A DNA stretch of 64,000 nucleotides from Eledone cirrhosa. Its lineage: Eukaryota. Made by a program: the position numbers and the translations under genes. Below the pieces are notes generated by a model, which had not been told where the DNA came from, ran no database searches, and worked only from the letters and a program-made list of their open reading frames with translations. Every line of letters starts with the position of its first letter. Position 1 is the first letter of the stretch. The stretch spans positions 40,672,001 to 40,736,000 of the forward strand of contig OZ024740.1 in NCBI GenBank assembly GCA_964016885.1. The letters are read 5' to 3'. Positions 24,490-40,200 of this stretch are shown in pieces.

Positions 24490-26940
24490 CATTAATACCT
24501 GGGTGTAGGAGGTTGAAGGAATTTGTCCTAAGACTTCTTGAACCTTATGGGGTCTGTTTCTGTTTTAATATGTTTTGGTGTAATGTTAAAGAGAACAGGA
24601 CCAATTGAGGTGAAATAATTGTGCTATATTGTTGTTATGAGATGTGAGTGTGATTTTTGTGGTGGGTGGGTAGCACGGGGGTCAAGCCTTGGGTGTACAT
24701 TAAAGGCGATGCTAACATCATTTGGGCAATGCTAATGGAATATTTTCCTCATCATGCAGATAATGTAGCGCTCACGGCGACGTTGGAGAGAATAAAGGTT
24801 GAGCTCTTCTAGTCGACCCCAATAGTCAAGGCCTGTCATGCCATCTATCTTTTTTGTAATTGACCTTTGAGGTGCTTCAACTTTCATAATACTTTGTTTT
24901 GTGTTGGGAGACCACAGTGGACAACAATATTCAAGGTGGGGTTGGGCAAAAGTGGAGAAGAGAAGGATAACAGTGTGGATATCTCTTGACTGGAAAGTTC
25001 TGAGAATCCAGGAATACATTCTGCGGGCCATGTCAACTTTGTTGTTTATATGAGTGGCCCAGCTTATGTTGTCCACAATCACTCCCAAGTCTCTGTTATT
25101 GTTGGATGCCACGAGAGTTTCATCTGAAGGAAGGGAGTATGGGAGTTTCAGGCCATCCTCTTTTCCAAAGTTGATTAACCCAAATATATCCTCATTCAGC
25201 AGCATATTGTTCCTTTCTGCCCATTGGATAACAGCCAATAGGTCTGACTGAAGGCATGTCCGGTCACCCACTTCACTGATGACCTTCTGGAGCTTGGAAT
25301 CATCCACAAAGATTCTTATGTTGTTGTGCTTGATGATGTCAGTAATGTCATTAATGCAGATAATGAAAAGAAGTGGGCCCAACACAGTGCCTTGCGGATT
25401 GCCACTGCTGACTTTGGCTGGGCTTGATTTTACTCCTTCGTCTACAACATGTTGGGCTCTGTCTGTCAGGAAACACTTGATCCACTGTAGTAACTTTCCA
25501 GAGACACCAATATTGGATAGTTTTTTCAATAGAATCTTATGATCAACCCTGTCAAAGGCCTTGCTGAAATCAAGGTAGATGATATTAGTATTGGAGCCCT
25601 CTCCCAAAGCTCTCAGAATATCATCAAAGTGATGCAGGAGCTATGTTAGGCAGTCCCTTCCATTACGGAACCCATACTGTTGCTTTCAAGAAAGTGAGTT
25701 ATTCATGATCTCACCACCTTCTCAAATACCTTGATGACATGAGAAGTGAGTGAGATCGGATGTTAGTTCACAACAAGGGACTTGTTTCCCTTTTTGAAAA
25801 CTGGGACAGGTTTTCATGAATATAGCCAACATCCAGTGAGTTCCTCCACAGATTAGCAAGAGAAGATGCGAGTTGGTGTCGACACCTTCAGGTCACAAGT
25901 GGGGAACCTATTGAGGTCTACTGCTGAATTGTGTTTAATTTCATTTATTGCCGCTAAGACATCAGGGGCACCAAATGTTATGTCCAATATAGTGTGTTGG
26001 GGATTAACATCACTGATACTGCCCAGATCAGGATTGCTGAAAACAGAGCAGTATTGTTTCTGCAGTATCTCACCCATGGTTTTGGCATTATCTAGGAGAG
26101 CGCCATTTTCATCAATTAGAGAGTCAACAATGGGGACAGTGACCTTGTGTTTTTTCGCAAATGAAAAGAACATTTTAGGGTTAAGTTTGATTTTTTCAAT
26201 GGGTCATTTCTCCTCAGCTGTTCTTTCGTTATTGATGATGGTCTTCATGTATTGTTGGAGGTTATATATTTTTTTATTCAAACAGTGTGATAGCCGTTGA
26301 ATGTGTATGTTGCTATTGACAGTATTTTAGTTTGTTAATTTTTTTGTTTATTCTTTTTATTTTTCTGATAATAGTTTTTCTGTTTTGGGGGATTCTGGAC
26401 TTAGTTTTGTTCACAGGTCTTGGTGAGGTGTGTTTTGCACATATATTTATGACGGTGTCTACAAAGATCTGCCAAGATGTTTTGATGTTGGTGGAGATGT
26501 GTGCGTGTGTAAAAGACCAGTCAACATGTGATAGCTCGTTCATGATTGCATCCCAGTTGGCATTATGGAGATCCATGTCATCAAATGGGTGGACTGGAGA
26601 GAGGTCACTAGGATTAGCTTTCGGCTGGTGGAATCTCAGGTTTCAAAGAACCATGTCATGGTCTGAAAGAAAGGTTTTTTTCCACTGTAATATTATGTAT
26701 AGTGTTAATGTGGTTACTAAACACTAAGTCCAAAATCTTCTTCTGATATCTTGTTGGTGCAAGGACAAGTTGAGACAAGAAAAACTCATTCATAAAGTCA
26801 AGAAGTGACTCAACTGCTTCTTTGTCAGCGGTTGAGGTGGGAATGCCTGGTTTCAAACTGTTTGTAGACCAATCATCACAGGGTAGATTAAAGTCTCCCA
26901 TCATAAGTATGTTACTAGAATGGCACTGTTGAATAAAGCA
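24490..26940 (-). mobile_element. Decayed, 5'-truncated CR1/L2-group LINE ORF2 (APE endonuclease C-terminal part + reverse transcriptase)
   Basis: MGDFNLP and ILDLVF (APE, 26656-26904). IYLDFSKAFDRVDH, SGNPQGTVLGPLLF, FVDDSKL, HLEYCCPLWSP and LYSLQRRRERY (RT and downstream, 24732-25607). Several frameshifts and stops split the ORF. Confidence 0.95.
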
Positions 26941-26959
26941 CTTATATATATATATATCA

Positions 26960-27385
26960 GCATCATCGATTAACGTCTATCTTCCATGCTAGCATGGGTT
27001 AAAGGGTTTGTCCCATTTAGAGGCATGTTGGGTCGGGTGACCCTATTGTGGTTAGAAGAAAAAGCTATCTCACTTACTGCTTTTCATAGGCGCCGCTAAA
27101 TCCCATGGCTGGTTTCTCCTCTTCCATGTGCATCCAACTCATTAACACCCGGGAGCTGCCAAACTTGCGTCCACACCGTTTGATCACCACTAGAGAGAGA
27201 CCGATCTGCTGGCCCTTCCGGTCGAGCACCCTTCTGGCCAAACACCCTTCCGGTCAAGCACTTTTCCGGTCGAGCACTCCCCAGCTTCCGGCCACCGCAC
27301 ACCACACTATACCCACACCTATCTAACTCATATAGGAGAGTTTCTGGCTGGTTTTCTATGGCTGGATGCCCTTCCTAATGCTCCA
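26960..27385 (-). mobile_element. RTE/SINE-type 3' tail fragment interrupted by a solo LTR
   Basis: CATCATCGATTAACGTC...GCTAGCATGGG at the left and GGCTGGATGCCCTTCCTAA at the right match 9529-9670. Confidence 0.8.
27047..27317. mobile_element. Solo LTR, 271 bp, TG...CA, 5-bp TSD CCTAT
   Basis: Begins TGTGG and ends CCACA. CCTAT at 27042-27046 and 27318-27322. The host repeat is colinear once the insert is removed. Internal ~16-bp repeats CCCTTCCGGTCGAGCA. Confidence 0.8.
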
Positions 27386-28054
27386 GTCCTCACATAGATA
27401 TGTGTGTATGTAATAATAATTTTTTCTAAGTATGACTGTTTAAATATATGTATGTGTAGATTTGTGTGTGCTTGTAATTCTATTGTCTACATATCTTTCA
27501 AAATAAACACACACTAACACATATACACTCACATAAATAAATATAAATTTACACAAACACACATAATCATAACAGCCAATGTGTGTAGCCAATTCCTTAT
27601 ACATATAGACACACACAGATGTAGCGAATATTGGATGCTGCCACCCCTTCCTTTCTAAGTCAACATTATCGCCTCTTCCTCTCTCAGTCGATGTTATCAC
27701 CCCTTCCTTTCTCAGTTTATCATCACCGCTTACTTCCTCAGTCATCTCTTGTGACGGACAAATACACAAGCATATTATGTATTAGTTGATATATATATGT
27801 ATAAAGTGGGTGGAAAGAAAGTATTATTGGTATATTTTCATAAAATATGTTTTATTTTGAACAGCATAATGGTTGAAGCATAGTACGGTGTTAAAATTCT
27901 ACATAAGCACCAGCGTTGTCTACCAGCATTTGTAATCATCTGTGTTTATCCTCAACTGACTTCACCAAGAACTCAAGTGGTATGTTGGTCAGTACACGAC
28001 GAATGTGTTCCGGAGTCAGAGTTTGGGGTTAAACTTCTTCCTTCGCACACACAT

Positions 28055-28187
28055 TATCATCATCATCGATTAACGTCTATCTTTCATGCTAGCATGGGGT
28101 AGACGGGTCCCATTTAGAGGCAAGTCTCACTCATAAAGGGGTGTTTCTGGTTGATTTTCTAAGGCTGGATGCTCTTCATAACACCAT
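28055..28187 (-). mobile_element. Short RTE/SINE tail fragment
   Basis: (ATC)n GATTAACGTC...GCTAGCATGGG...GGCTGGATGCTCTTCATAACACC. Confidence 0.75.
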
Positions 28188-28244
28188 AGGAATAATAATC
28201 ACATGACGTTAAGTCAAGGCTTCTGGCTGGCCATTCATGTAGAT

Positions 28245-31200
28245 ACGTCACACTCCAGCTCCCAGTGGTACCAACTGGTGTCATCTCTTAGCTCCATTAA
28301 CTGACATGTCACACTCCATCTCCCAGTGGCATAGACAAATATCGCATTCCACTTCCCTGCCCCATGATGGTACCAAGAGACGTGTCACCCTCCCAGCTCC
28401 CAGCTCCACCAACTGATATGTCACACTCCACCTCCCAGATCCACAGTGGCACCAACTGGCATCACACTCCACCTCCCAACTCCACAGTAGTACCAACTGG
28501 CATCACACTCCACAGTGGCACAAACTGGCATCACACTCCACCACCCCAGCTACACAGTGGCACCAACTGGCATCACACACCACCTCCCAGCCGCACAGTG
28601 GCACCAACTGGCATCACACTCCACCCCCAGCTCCATAGTGGGACCAACTGGCATCACACTCCACCTCCCAACTCCACAGTGGGACCAACTGGCATCACAC
28701 TCCACCCCCCAGCTCCACAGTGGCACCAACTGGCATCACACTCCACAGTGGGACCAACTGGCATCACACTCCACAGTTGCACCAACTGGCATCACACTCT
28801 ACCTCCCAGCTACACAGTGGCACCAACTGGCATCACACTCCACCTCCCATCTCCACAGTGGCACCAACTGGAAACACACACCACCACCCAACGCCACAGT
28901 AGCACCAACTGGCAACACACTCCACCTCCCAACCCCACAGTGGTACCAACTGGCATCACACTCCACCTCCCAGCACCACAGTGGCACCAACTGGCATCAC
29001 ACTCCACCTCCAAGCCCCACAGTGGCACCAACTACCATCACACTCTACCTCCCAGACCCACAGTGGCACCAAGTGACATAACACTCCACCTCCCAAATCC
29101 ACAGTGGTACCGACTGGCATCACACTCCACCTCCCAGCCCCACAGTGGCACAAACTGGCACCACACCCCACCTCCCAACAACACAGTGGCACCAACTGGC
29201 ATCACACTCCACCCCCAGCCACACAGTGGGACCCACTGGCATCACACTCTACCTCCCAACTCCACAGTGGGACCAACTGGCATTACACTCTGCCTCCCAG
29301 CTCCACTGTGGCACCAACTGGAATCACACTCCACCTCCCAACCCCACAGTGGCACAACTGGCATCACACTCCACCTCCCAGCCCCACAGTGACACCAAGT
29401 GACATCACACTCCACCTACAGCCCCACAGTGACATCAACTGGCATCCCACTCTACCCCCAGCCCCACAGTGGTACCAACTGGCATCACACACCACCTCCC
29501 AGCACCACAGTGGCACCAACTGGAAACACACACCACCTCCCAACGCCACAGTGGCACCAACTGGCAACACACTCCACCTCCCACTCCACAGTGGACCCAA
29601 CTGGCATCACACTCCACCTCCCAGCCCCACAGTGGCACCAACTGGCATCACACTCCACCTCCCAGTTCCACAGTGGACCCAACTGGCATCACACTCCACC
29701 TCCCAGCCCCACAGTGGCACCAACTGGCATCACACTCCACCTCCCAGTTCCACAGTGGCACCAACTGGCATCACACTCCACCTCCCAGTTCCACAGTGGG
29801 ACCAACTGGCATCACACTCCACCTCCCAGTTCCACAGTGGAACCAACTGGCATCACACTCTACCTCCCAGCCCCACAGTGGCACCAACTGAGATCACACT
29901 CCACCTCACAGCTCCACAGTGGCACCAACTGGCATCACCCCCACCTCCAAGCCCCACAGTGGCATCAACTATCATCACACTCTACCTTCTAACTCCACAG
30001 TGTCAACAAGTGACATCACACACCACCTCCCAACTGCAAAGTGGCACCAACTGGCATCACACTCTACCTCCCAGCCCCACAGTGGCACCAACTGACATCA
30101 CACTCCACCTCCCAAACCCACAGTGGCACCAACTGGTTTCACACTCCACCCCCAGCCCCACAGTGGGACCAACTGGCATCACACTCCACCTGCCAGCTCC
30201 ACAGTGGGATCAACTGGCAGCACTCTCCACCTCCCAGCTCCATAGTGGTACCAACTGGCATCACACTCCCCCCCCCTCCACAGTGGCACCAACTGCTATC
30301 GCACTCCACCTGCCAGCTCCATAGTGGCACCAACTGGCATCGCACTCCACCTGCCAGCTCCACAGTGGAACCAACTGGCAACACACACCACCTCCCAGCT
30401 CCACAGTGACACCAACTGGCATCACACTCCAACTCCCAGCTCCACAGTGGCACCAACTGGCATCACACTCCACCTCCCAACTCCAGAGTGCCACCAACTG
30501 GCATCAAACTCTACCTCCCAGCTCCATAGTGGCACCAACTGGCATCACACTCTACCTCCCAGGGCCACAGTGGCACCAACTGGCATCGCACCCCCCCCCC
30601 CCCTCGAACCACAGTGGCACCAAGTGGCATTACACTATACCTCGCAGCCCCACAGTGGCACCAACTGGCATCACACTCTACCTCCCAGCCCCACAGTGGC
30701 CCCAACTGGCATCACACCCCACCCCCAGCTCCACAGTGGCACCAACTGGCATCACACTCTACCCCCCAGCCCCACAGTGGCACCAACTTGCATCACACCT
30801 CACATCCCAGCTCCACAGTGGCACTAACTGGCATCACACTCCACCCCCAGCACCACAGTGGCCCCAACTGGCATCACACCCCACACCCAGCTCCACAGTG
30901 GCACCAACTGGCATCACACTTTACCCCCCAGCCCCACAGTGGCACCAACTGGCATCACACTCCACTTCCCAACTCCACAGTGGCACCAACTGGCATCACA
31001 CCCCATGCCCCAGCACCACATTGGCACCAACTGGCATCACACACCACATCCCAAATCCACAGTTGCACCAACTGGTATCACCCCCCCCTCCCCCCTCCGC
31101 CCCACAGTGGCACCAAGTGGCATTACACTCTACCTCGCAGCCCCACAGTGGGACAACTGGCATCACACTCTACCTCCCAGCCCCACAGTGGCACCAACTT

Positions 31201-34200
31201 GCATCACACCCTACCCCCCAGCCCCACAGTGGCACCAACTGGCATCACACTCCACCTCCCAGCTCCGCAGTTGCACCAACTGGGATCACATACCACCACT
31301 CAACTCCACAGTGGCACCAACTGGCATCACACTCTACCTCCTAGCACCATAGTGGCACTAACTGGTATCAAAATCCACCCCCCAACTCCACAGTGGCACC
31401 TACTGGCATAACACTCTACCTCCCACCCCCACAGTGGCACCAACTGGAATCACACTCTACCTCCCAGCTCCATAGTGGCACCAGCTGGCATCACACTCCA
31501 CCTCCCAGCACCAAAATGGCACCAACTGGCATCACACTCTACCTCCCAGCCCCACAGTGGCACCAACTGGCATCACACCCCAGCCCCAGCACCACAGTGG
31601 CACCAACTGGCATCACACTCTACCTCCCAGCCCCATAGTGGCACCAACTGGCATCACACATCCACCTCCCAGCTGCATAGTGGCACCAACTGGCATCACA
31701 CTCTACCTCCCAACTCCACAGTGGCACCAACTGGCATCACACTCTACATCCCAGCGCCGCAGTGGCACCAACTGGCATCACACTCCACCCCCAGCCCCAC
31801 GGTGGCACCAACTAGCATCACACTCTACCTCCCAACGCCACAGTGGCACCAGCTGGTATCACACTCCATCTCCCAGCCCCACAGTGGCACTAATAGGCAT
31901 CACACTCCACCTCCCAGCACCACAGTGGCACCAACTGGCATCACACTCCACCTCCCAGCACCACAGTGGCACCAACTGGCATCACACTCCACCCCCAGCA
32001 CCACAGTGGGACCAACTGGCATCACACTCCACCTCCCAGCACAACAGTGGCACCAACTGGCATCACACTCCACCTCCCAGCACCACAGTGGCACCAACTG
32101 GCATCACACTCCACCTCCAAGCCCCACAGTGGCACCAACTATCATCACACTCTACCTCCCAGACCCACAGTGGCACCAAGTGACATAACACTCCACCTCC
32201 CAAATCCACAGTGGTACCGACTGGCATCACACTCCACCTCCCAGCACCACAGTGGCACAAACTGTCATCACACCCCACCTCCCAACAACACAGTGGCACC
32301 AACTGGCATCACACTCCACCCCCAGCCACACAGTGGGACCCACTGGCATCACACTCTACCTCCCAACTCCACAGTAGGACCAACTGGCATTACACTCTGC
32401 CTCCCAGCTCCACAGTGGCACCAACTGGAATCACACTCCACCTCCCAACCCCACAGTGGCACAACTGGCATCACACTCCACCTCCCAGCCCCACAGTGGG
32501 ACCAAGTGACATCACACGCCACCCACAGCCCCACAGTGGGACCAACTGGCATCACACTCCACCCCCAGCCCCACAGTGGCACCAACTGGCATCACACTCC
32601 ACCTCCCAGCACCACAGTGGGACCAACTAGCATCACACTCCACCTCCCAGCACCACAGTGGGACCAACTGGCATCACACTCCACCTCCCAGCACCACAGT
32701 GGCTCCAACTGGCATCACAATCCATCTCCCAGCACCACAGTGGGACCAACTAGCATCACACTCCACCTCCCAGCACCACAGTGGGACCAACTGGCATCAC
32801 ACTCCACCTCCCAGCACCACAGTGGGACCAACTGGCATCACACTCTACCTCCCAGGGTCACAGTGGCACCAACTGGCATCACACCCCACCTCCCAACTCC
32901 ACAGTGGCACCAACTGGCATCACACTCTACCTCCCAGGGTCACAGTGGCACCAACTGGCATCACACCCCACCTCCCAACTCCACAGTGGCATCAATTGGC
33001 ATCACACTCCACCTCCCAGCACCACAGTGGAACCAACTGGCATCACACTCTACCTCCCAACACCACAGTGGCACCAACTGGCATCACAGTCCACCCCCAG
33101 GGTCACAGTGGAACCAACTGGCATCACAGTCCGCCCCCAGGGTCACAGTGGAACCAACTGGCATCACAGTCCACCCCCAGCTCCACAGTGGGACCAACTG
33201 GCATCACACTCCACCCCCAGCCACACAGTGGGACCCACTGGCATCACACTCTACCTCCCAACTCCACAGTAGGACCAACTGGCATTACACTCTGCCTCCC
33301 AGCTCCACAGTGGCACCAACTGGAATCACACTCCACCTCCCAACCCCACAGTGGCACAACTGGCATCACACTCCACCTCCCAGCCCCACAGTGGGACCAA
33401 GTGACATCACACGCCACCCACAGCCACACAGTGGGACCAACTGGCATCACACTCCACCCCCAGCCCCACAGTGGCACCAACTGGCATCACACTCCACCTC
33501 CCAGCACCACAGTGGCTCCAACTGGCATCACAATCCATCTCCCAGCACCACAGTGGGACCAACTAGCATCACACTCCACCTCCCAGCACCACAGTGGGAC
33601 CAACTGGCATCACACTCCACCTCCCAGCACCACAGTGGGACCAACTGGCATCACACTCTACCTCCCAGGGTCACAGTGGCACCAACTGGCATCACACCCC
33701 ACCTCCCAACTCCACAGTGGCACCAACTGGCATCACACTCTACCTCCCAGGGTCACAGTGGCACCAACTGGCATCACACCCCGCCTCCCAACTCCACAGT
33801 GGCATCAACTGGCATCACACTCCACCTCCCAGCACCACAGTGGCACCAACTGGCATCACACTCTACCTCCCAACACCACAGTGGCACCAACTGGCATCAC
33901 ACACCACCTCCCAGCCCCACAGTGGCACCAACTGGCATCACACTCTACCTCCCAACACCACAGTGGCACCAACAGGCATCACAGTCCACCTCCAGGGTCA
34001 CAGTGGAACCAACTGGCATCACAGTCCACCCCCAGGGTCACAGTGGAACCAACTGGCATCACAGTCCACCCCCAGCTCCACAGTGGGACCAACTGGCATC
34101 ACACTCCACCTCCCAGCCCCACAGTGGCACCAACTGGCATCACACTCCAACTCCCAGCTCCACAGTGGCACCAACTGGCATCACACTCCACCTCCCAACT

Positions 34201-37200
34201 CCAGAGTGCCACCAACTGGCATCAAACTCTACCTCCCAGCTCCATAGTGGCACCAACTGGCATCACACTCTACCTCCCAGTCCACAGTGGCACCAACTGG
34301 CATCGCCCCCCACCCCCCGCACCACAGTGGCACCAAGTGGCATTACACTATACCTCGCAGCCCCAGAGTGGCACCAACTGGCATTACACTCTACCTCCCA
34401 GCCCCACAGTGGCACCAACTTGCATCACACCCCACATCCCAGCTCCACAGTGGCACCAACTGGCATCACACCCCACCCCCAGCTTCACAGCGGCACCAAC
34501 TGGCATCACACTCTACCCCCCAGCCCCACAGTGGCACCAACTTGTATCACACTCCACCTCCCAACTCCACAGTTGCACCAACTGGCATCACACTCCCCCC
34601 CCCTCCGCCCCACAGTGGCACCAAGTGGCATTACACTCTACCTCGCAGCCCCACAGTGGGAACAACTGGCATCACACTCTACATCCCAGCCCCACAGTGG
34701 CACCAATTGGCATCACACTCCACCTCCCAGCCCCGCAGTTGCACCAACTGGGATCACACACCACCACTTAACTCCACAGTGGCACCAACTGGCATCACAC
34801 TCTACCTCCCAGCCCCATAGTGGCACCAGCAGGCATCACACTCCACCTCCCAGCACCAAAATGGCACCAACTGGCATCACACTCTACCTCCCAGTCCCAT
34901 AGTGGCACCAACTGGCATGACGATCCACCTCCCAACGCCGCAGTGGCACCAACTGGCATCACACTCCTCCCCCAGCTCCACAGTGGCACCAACTGGCATC
35001 ACACTCCACCTCCCAGCACCACAATGGCACCAACTGGCATCACACTCCACCTCCCAGCCCCACAGTGGCACCAACTTGCATCACACCCCACATCCCAGCT
35101 CCACAGTGGCACCAACTGGCATCACACCCCACCCCCAGCTTCACAGCGGCACCAACTGGCATCACACTCTACCCCCCAGCCCCACAGTGGCACCAACTTG
35201 TATCACACTCCACCTCCCAACTCCACAGTTGCACCAACTGGCATCACACTCCCCCCCCTCCGCCCCACAGTGGCACCAAGTGGCATTACACTCTACCTCG
35301 CAGCCCCACAGTGGGAACAACTGGCATCACACTCTACATCCCAGCCCCACAGTGGCACCAATTGGCATCACACTCCACCTCCCAGCCCCGCAGTTGCACC
35401 AACTGGGATCACACACCACCACTTAACTCCACAGTGGCACCAACTGGCATCACACTCTACCTCCCAGCCCCATAGTGGCACCAGCAGGCATCACACTCCA
35501 CCTCCCAGCACCAAAATGGCACCAACTGGCATCACACTCTACCTCCCAGTCCCATAGTGGCACCAACTGGCATGACGATCCACCTCCCAACGCCGCAGTG
35601 GCACCAACTGGCATCACACTCCTCCCCCAGCTCCACAGTGGCACCAACTGGCATCACACTCCACCTCCCAGCACCACAATGGCACCAACTGGCATCACAC
35701 TCCACCTCCCAGCACCACAGTGGGACCAACTGGCATCACACTCCACCCCCAGCACCACAGTGGGACCAACTGGCATCACACTCCACCCCCAGCATCACAG
35801 TGGGACCAACTGGCATCACACTCCACCCCCAGCACCACAGTGGGACCAACTGGCATTACACTCCACCTCCCAGCACCACAGTGGGACCAACTGGCATCAC
35901 ACTCCACCCCCAGCACCACAGTGGGACCAACTGGCATCACACTCCACCTCCCAGCACCACAATGGCACCAACTGGCATCACACCCCACCTCCCAGCACCA
36001 CAGTGGGACCAACTGGCATCACACTCCACCCCCAGCACCACAGTGGGACCAACTGGCATCACACTCCACCCCCAGCACCACAGTGGGACCAACTGGCATC
36101 ACACTCCACCTCCCAGCACCACAGTGGTTCCAACTGGCATCACGCTCCACCTCCCAGCACCACAGTGGGACCAACTGGCATCACACTCCACCCCCAGCAC
36201 CAGAGTGGGACCAACTGGCATCACACTCCACCCCCAGCACCACAGTGGGACCAACTGGCATCACACTCCACCTCCCAGCACCACAGTGGTTCCAACTGGC
36301 ATCAAACTCCACCTCCCAGCACCACAGTGGGACCAACTGGCATCACACTCCACCCCCAGCACCACAGTGGGACCAACTGACATCACACTCCACCCCCAGC
36401 ACCACAGTGGGACCAATTGGCATCACACTCCACCTCCCAGCACCACAGTGGCTCCAACTGGCATCGCACACCACCTCCCAGCGCCACAGTGGCACCAACT
36501 GGCATCACACTCCACCTCCCAGCACCACAGTGGGACCGACTAGCATCACACTCCACCCGCAGCCCCACAGTGGGACCAACTGGCATCATACTCCACCTCC
36601 CAGCACCACAGTTGGACCAACTGGCATCACACTCCACCTCCCAGCACCACAGTGGGACCAACTGGCATCACACTCCACCTCCCAGCACCTCAGTGGGACC
36701 AACTGGCATCACAGTCTACCTGCCAGGGTCACAGTGGCACCAACTAGCATCACACCCCACCTCCCAACTCCACAGTGGCACCAACTGGCATCACACTCTA
36801 CCTCCCAGGGTCACAGTGGCACCAACTGGCATCACACCGCACCTCCCAACTCCACAGTGGCACCAATTGGCATCACACTCCACCTCCCAGCACCACAGTG
36901 GCACCAACTGGCATCACACTCTACCTCCCAACACCACAGTGGCACCAACTGGCATCACACACCACCTCCCAGCCCCACAGTGGCACCAACTGGCATCACA
37001 CTCTACCTCCCAACACAACAGTGGCACCAACTGGCATCACAGTTCACCCCCAGCCCCACAGTGGGACCAAATGGCATCACAGTCCACCACCAGCTCCACA
37101 GTGGGACTAACTGGCATCACACACCACCTCCCAGCTCCACAGAGGCACCAACTGGCATCACAGTTCACCCCCAGCCCCACAGTGGAACCAAATGGCATCA

Positions 37201-40200
37201 CAGTCCACCACCAGCTCCACAGTGGGACTAACTGGCATCACACACCACCTCCCAGCTCCACAGAGGCACCAACTGGCATCACACCCCACCTCCCAGCTCC
37301 ACAGTAGCACCAACTGGCAACACACTCCACCTCCCAACCCCACAGTGACACCAACTGGCATCACACTCCACCTCCCAAATCCACAGTGGCACCAGCTGGC
37401 ATCACACTCCACCTCCCAGAACCAAAATGGCACCAACTGGCATCACACTCTAACTCCCAGCCCCACAGTGGCACCAACTGGCATCACACTCTACCTCCCA
37501 GGGTCACAGTGGCACTAACTGGCTTCACACTCCACCACCCAACACCACAGTGGCACCAACTGGCATCACACTCCACCTCCGAACCCCACAGTGGCACCAA
37601 CTGGCATCACACCCCACCCCCAGCACCACAGTGGCACCAACTGGCATCACACTCTACCTCCCAGGGTCACAGTGGCACCAACTGGCATCACACATCCACC
37701 TCCCAGCTGCATAGTGGCACCAACTGGCATCACACTCTACCTCCCAACTCCACAGTGGCACCAACTGGCATCACACTCTACATCCCAGCGTCGCAGTGGC
37801 ACCAACTGGCATCACACTCCACCCCCAGCCCCACGGTGGCACCAACTAGCATCACGCTCTACCTCCCAACTCCACAGTGGCACCAGCTGGCATCACACTC
37901 CATCTCCCAGCCCCACAGTGGCACTAATTGGCATCACACTCCACCTCCCAGCACCACAGTGGCACCAACTGGCATCACACTCCACCTCCCAGCACCACAG
38001 TGGGACCAACTGGCATCACACTCCACCCCCAGCACCACAGTGGGACCAACTGGCATCACACTCTACCTCCCAGCACCACAGTGGCTCCAACTGGCATCAC
38101 ACTCCACCTACCTGCACCACAGTGGCACCAACTGGCATCGCACTCCACCTACAAGCCCCACAGTGGCACCAACTATCATCACACTCTACCTCCCAGACCC
38201 ACAGTGGCACCAAGTGACATAACACTCCATCTCCCAAATCCACAGTGGTACCGACTGGCATCACACTCCAGCTCCCAGCCCCACAGTGGCACAAACTGGC
38301 ATCACACCCCACCTCCCAACAACACAGTGGCACCAACTGGCATCACACTCCACCCCCAGCCACACAGTGGGACCCACTGGCATCACACTCTACCTCCCAA
38401 CTCCACAGTGGGACCAACTGGCATTACACTCTGCCTCCCAGCTCCACAGTGGCACCAACTGGAATCACACTCCACCTCCCAACCCCACAGTGGCACAACT
38501 GGCATCACACTCCACCTCCCAGCCCCACAGTGGGACCAAGTGACATCACACTCCACCCACAGTCCCACAGTGGCATCAACTGGCATCCCACTTTACCCCC
38601 AGCCCCACAGTGGCACCAACTGGCATCACACACCACCTCCCAGCCCCACAGTGGCACCAACTGGAAACACACACCACCTCCCAACGCCACAGTGGCACCA
38701 ACTGGCAACACACTCCACCTCCCACTCCACAGTGGACCCACCAGGCATCACACTCCACCTCCCAGCCCCACAGTGGCACCAACTGGCATCACACTCCACC
38801 TCTCAGTTCCACAGTGGGACCAACTGGCATCACACTCCACCTCCCAGCCCCACAGTGGAACCAACTGGCATCACACTCTACCTCCCAGCCCCACAGTGGC
38901 ACCAACTGAGATCACACTCTACCTCCCAGCACCACAGTGGCACCAACTGGCATCACCCCCACCTCCAAGCCCCACAGTGGCATCAACTATCATCACACTC
39001 TACCTTCTAACTCCACAGTGTCACCAAGTGACATCACACTCCACCTCCCAACTGCAAAGTGGCACCAACTGGCATCATACTCTACCTTCCAGCCCCACAG
39101 TGGGAACAACTGACATCACACTCCACCTCCCAAACCCACAGTGGCACCAACTGGCATCACACTCCACCTCCAAGCCCCACAGTGGGACCAACTGGCATCA
39201 CACCCCAACTCCCAACACCACAGTGGCCCCAGCTGGCATCACACGCCACCTCCCAACACCACAGTGGCACCAACTTGCATCACACTCCACCCCCAGCTCG
39301 ACAGTGGCACCAACTGGTTTCACACTCCACCCCCAGCCCCACAGTGGTACCAACTGGCATCACACTCCCCCCTCCCCTCCACAGTGACACCAACTGCTAT
39401 CGCACTCCACCTGCCAGCTCCATAGTGGCACCAACTGTCATCGCACTCCACCTGCCAGCTCCACAGTGGGACCAACTGGCAACACACACCACCTCCCAGC
39501 TCCACAGTGACACCAACTGGCATCACACTCCAACTCCCAGCTCCACAGTGGCACCAACTGGCATCACACTCTATCTCCCAGCCCCACAGTGGCACCAACT
39601 GGCATCACACTCCACCTCCCAACTCCAGAGTGCCACCAACTGGCATCAAACTCTACCTCCCAGCTCCATAGTGGCACCAACTGGCATCACACTCTACCTC
39701 CCAGCTCCACAGTGGTACCAACTGGCATCGCCCCCCCCCCCCGAACCACAGTGGCACCAAGTGGCATCACATTATACCTCGCAGCCCCACAGTGGCACCA
39801 ACTGGCATCACACTCTACCTCCCAGCCCCACAGTGGCACCAACTTGCATCACACCCCACATCCCAGCTCCACAGTGGCACTAACTGGCATCACACTCCAC
39901 CCCCAGCACCACAGTGGCACCAACTGGCATCACACTCCACCCCCAGCTCCACAGTGGCACCAACTGGCATCACACTCTACCCCCCAGCCCCACAGTGGCA
40001 CCAACTGGCATCACACCCCATGCCCCAGCACCACATTGGCACCAACTGGCATCACACTCCACCTCCCAAATCCACAGTTGCACCAACTGGCATCACACTC
40101 CCCCCCCCTCCGCCCCACAGTGGCACCAAGTGGCATTACACTCTACCTCGCAGCCCCACAGTGGGAACATCTGGCATCACACTCTACCTCCCAGCCCCAC

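Noticed and set aside
24732-25607. Functional or domesticated reverse transcriptase (retron/DGR-like)
   Set aside because: Part of a frameshifted, truncated CR1-group LINE with altered motifs (GNPQG, FVDD).
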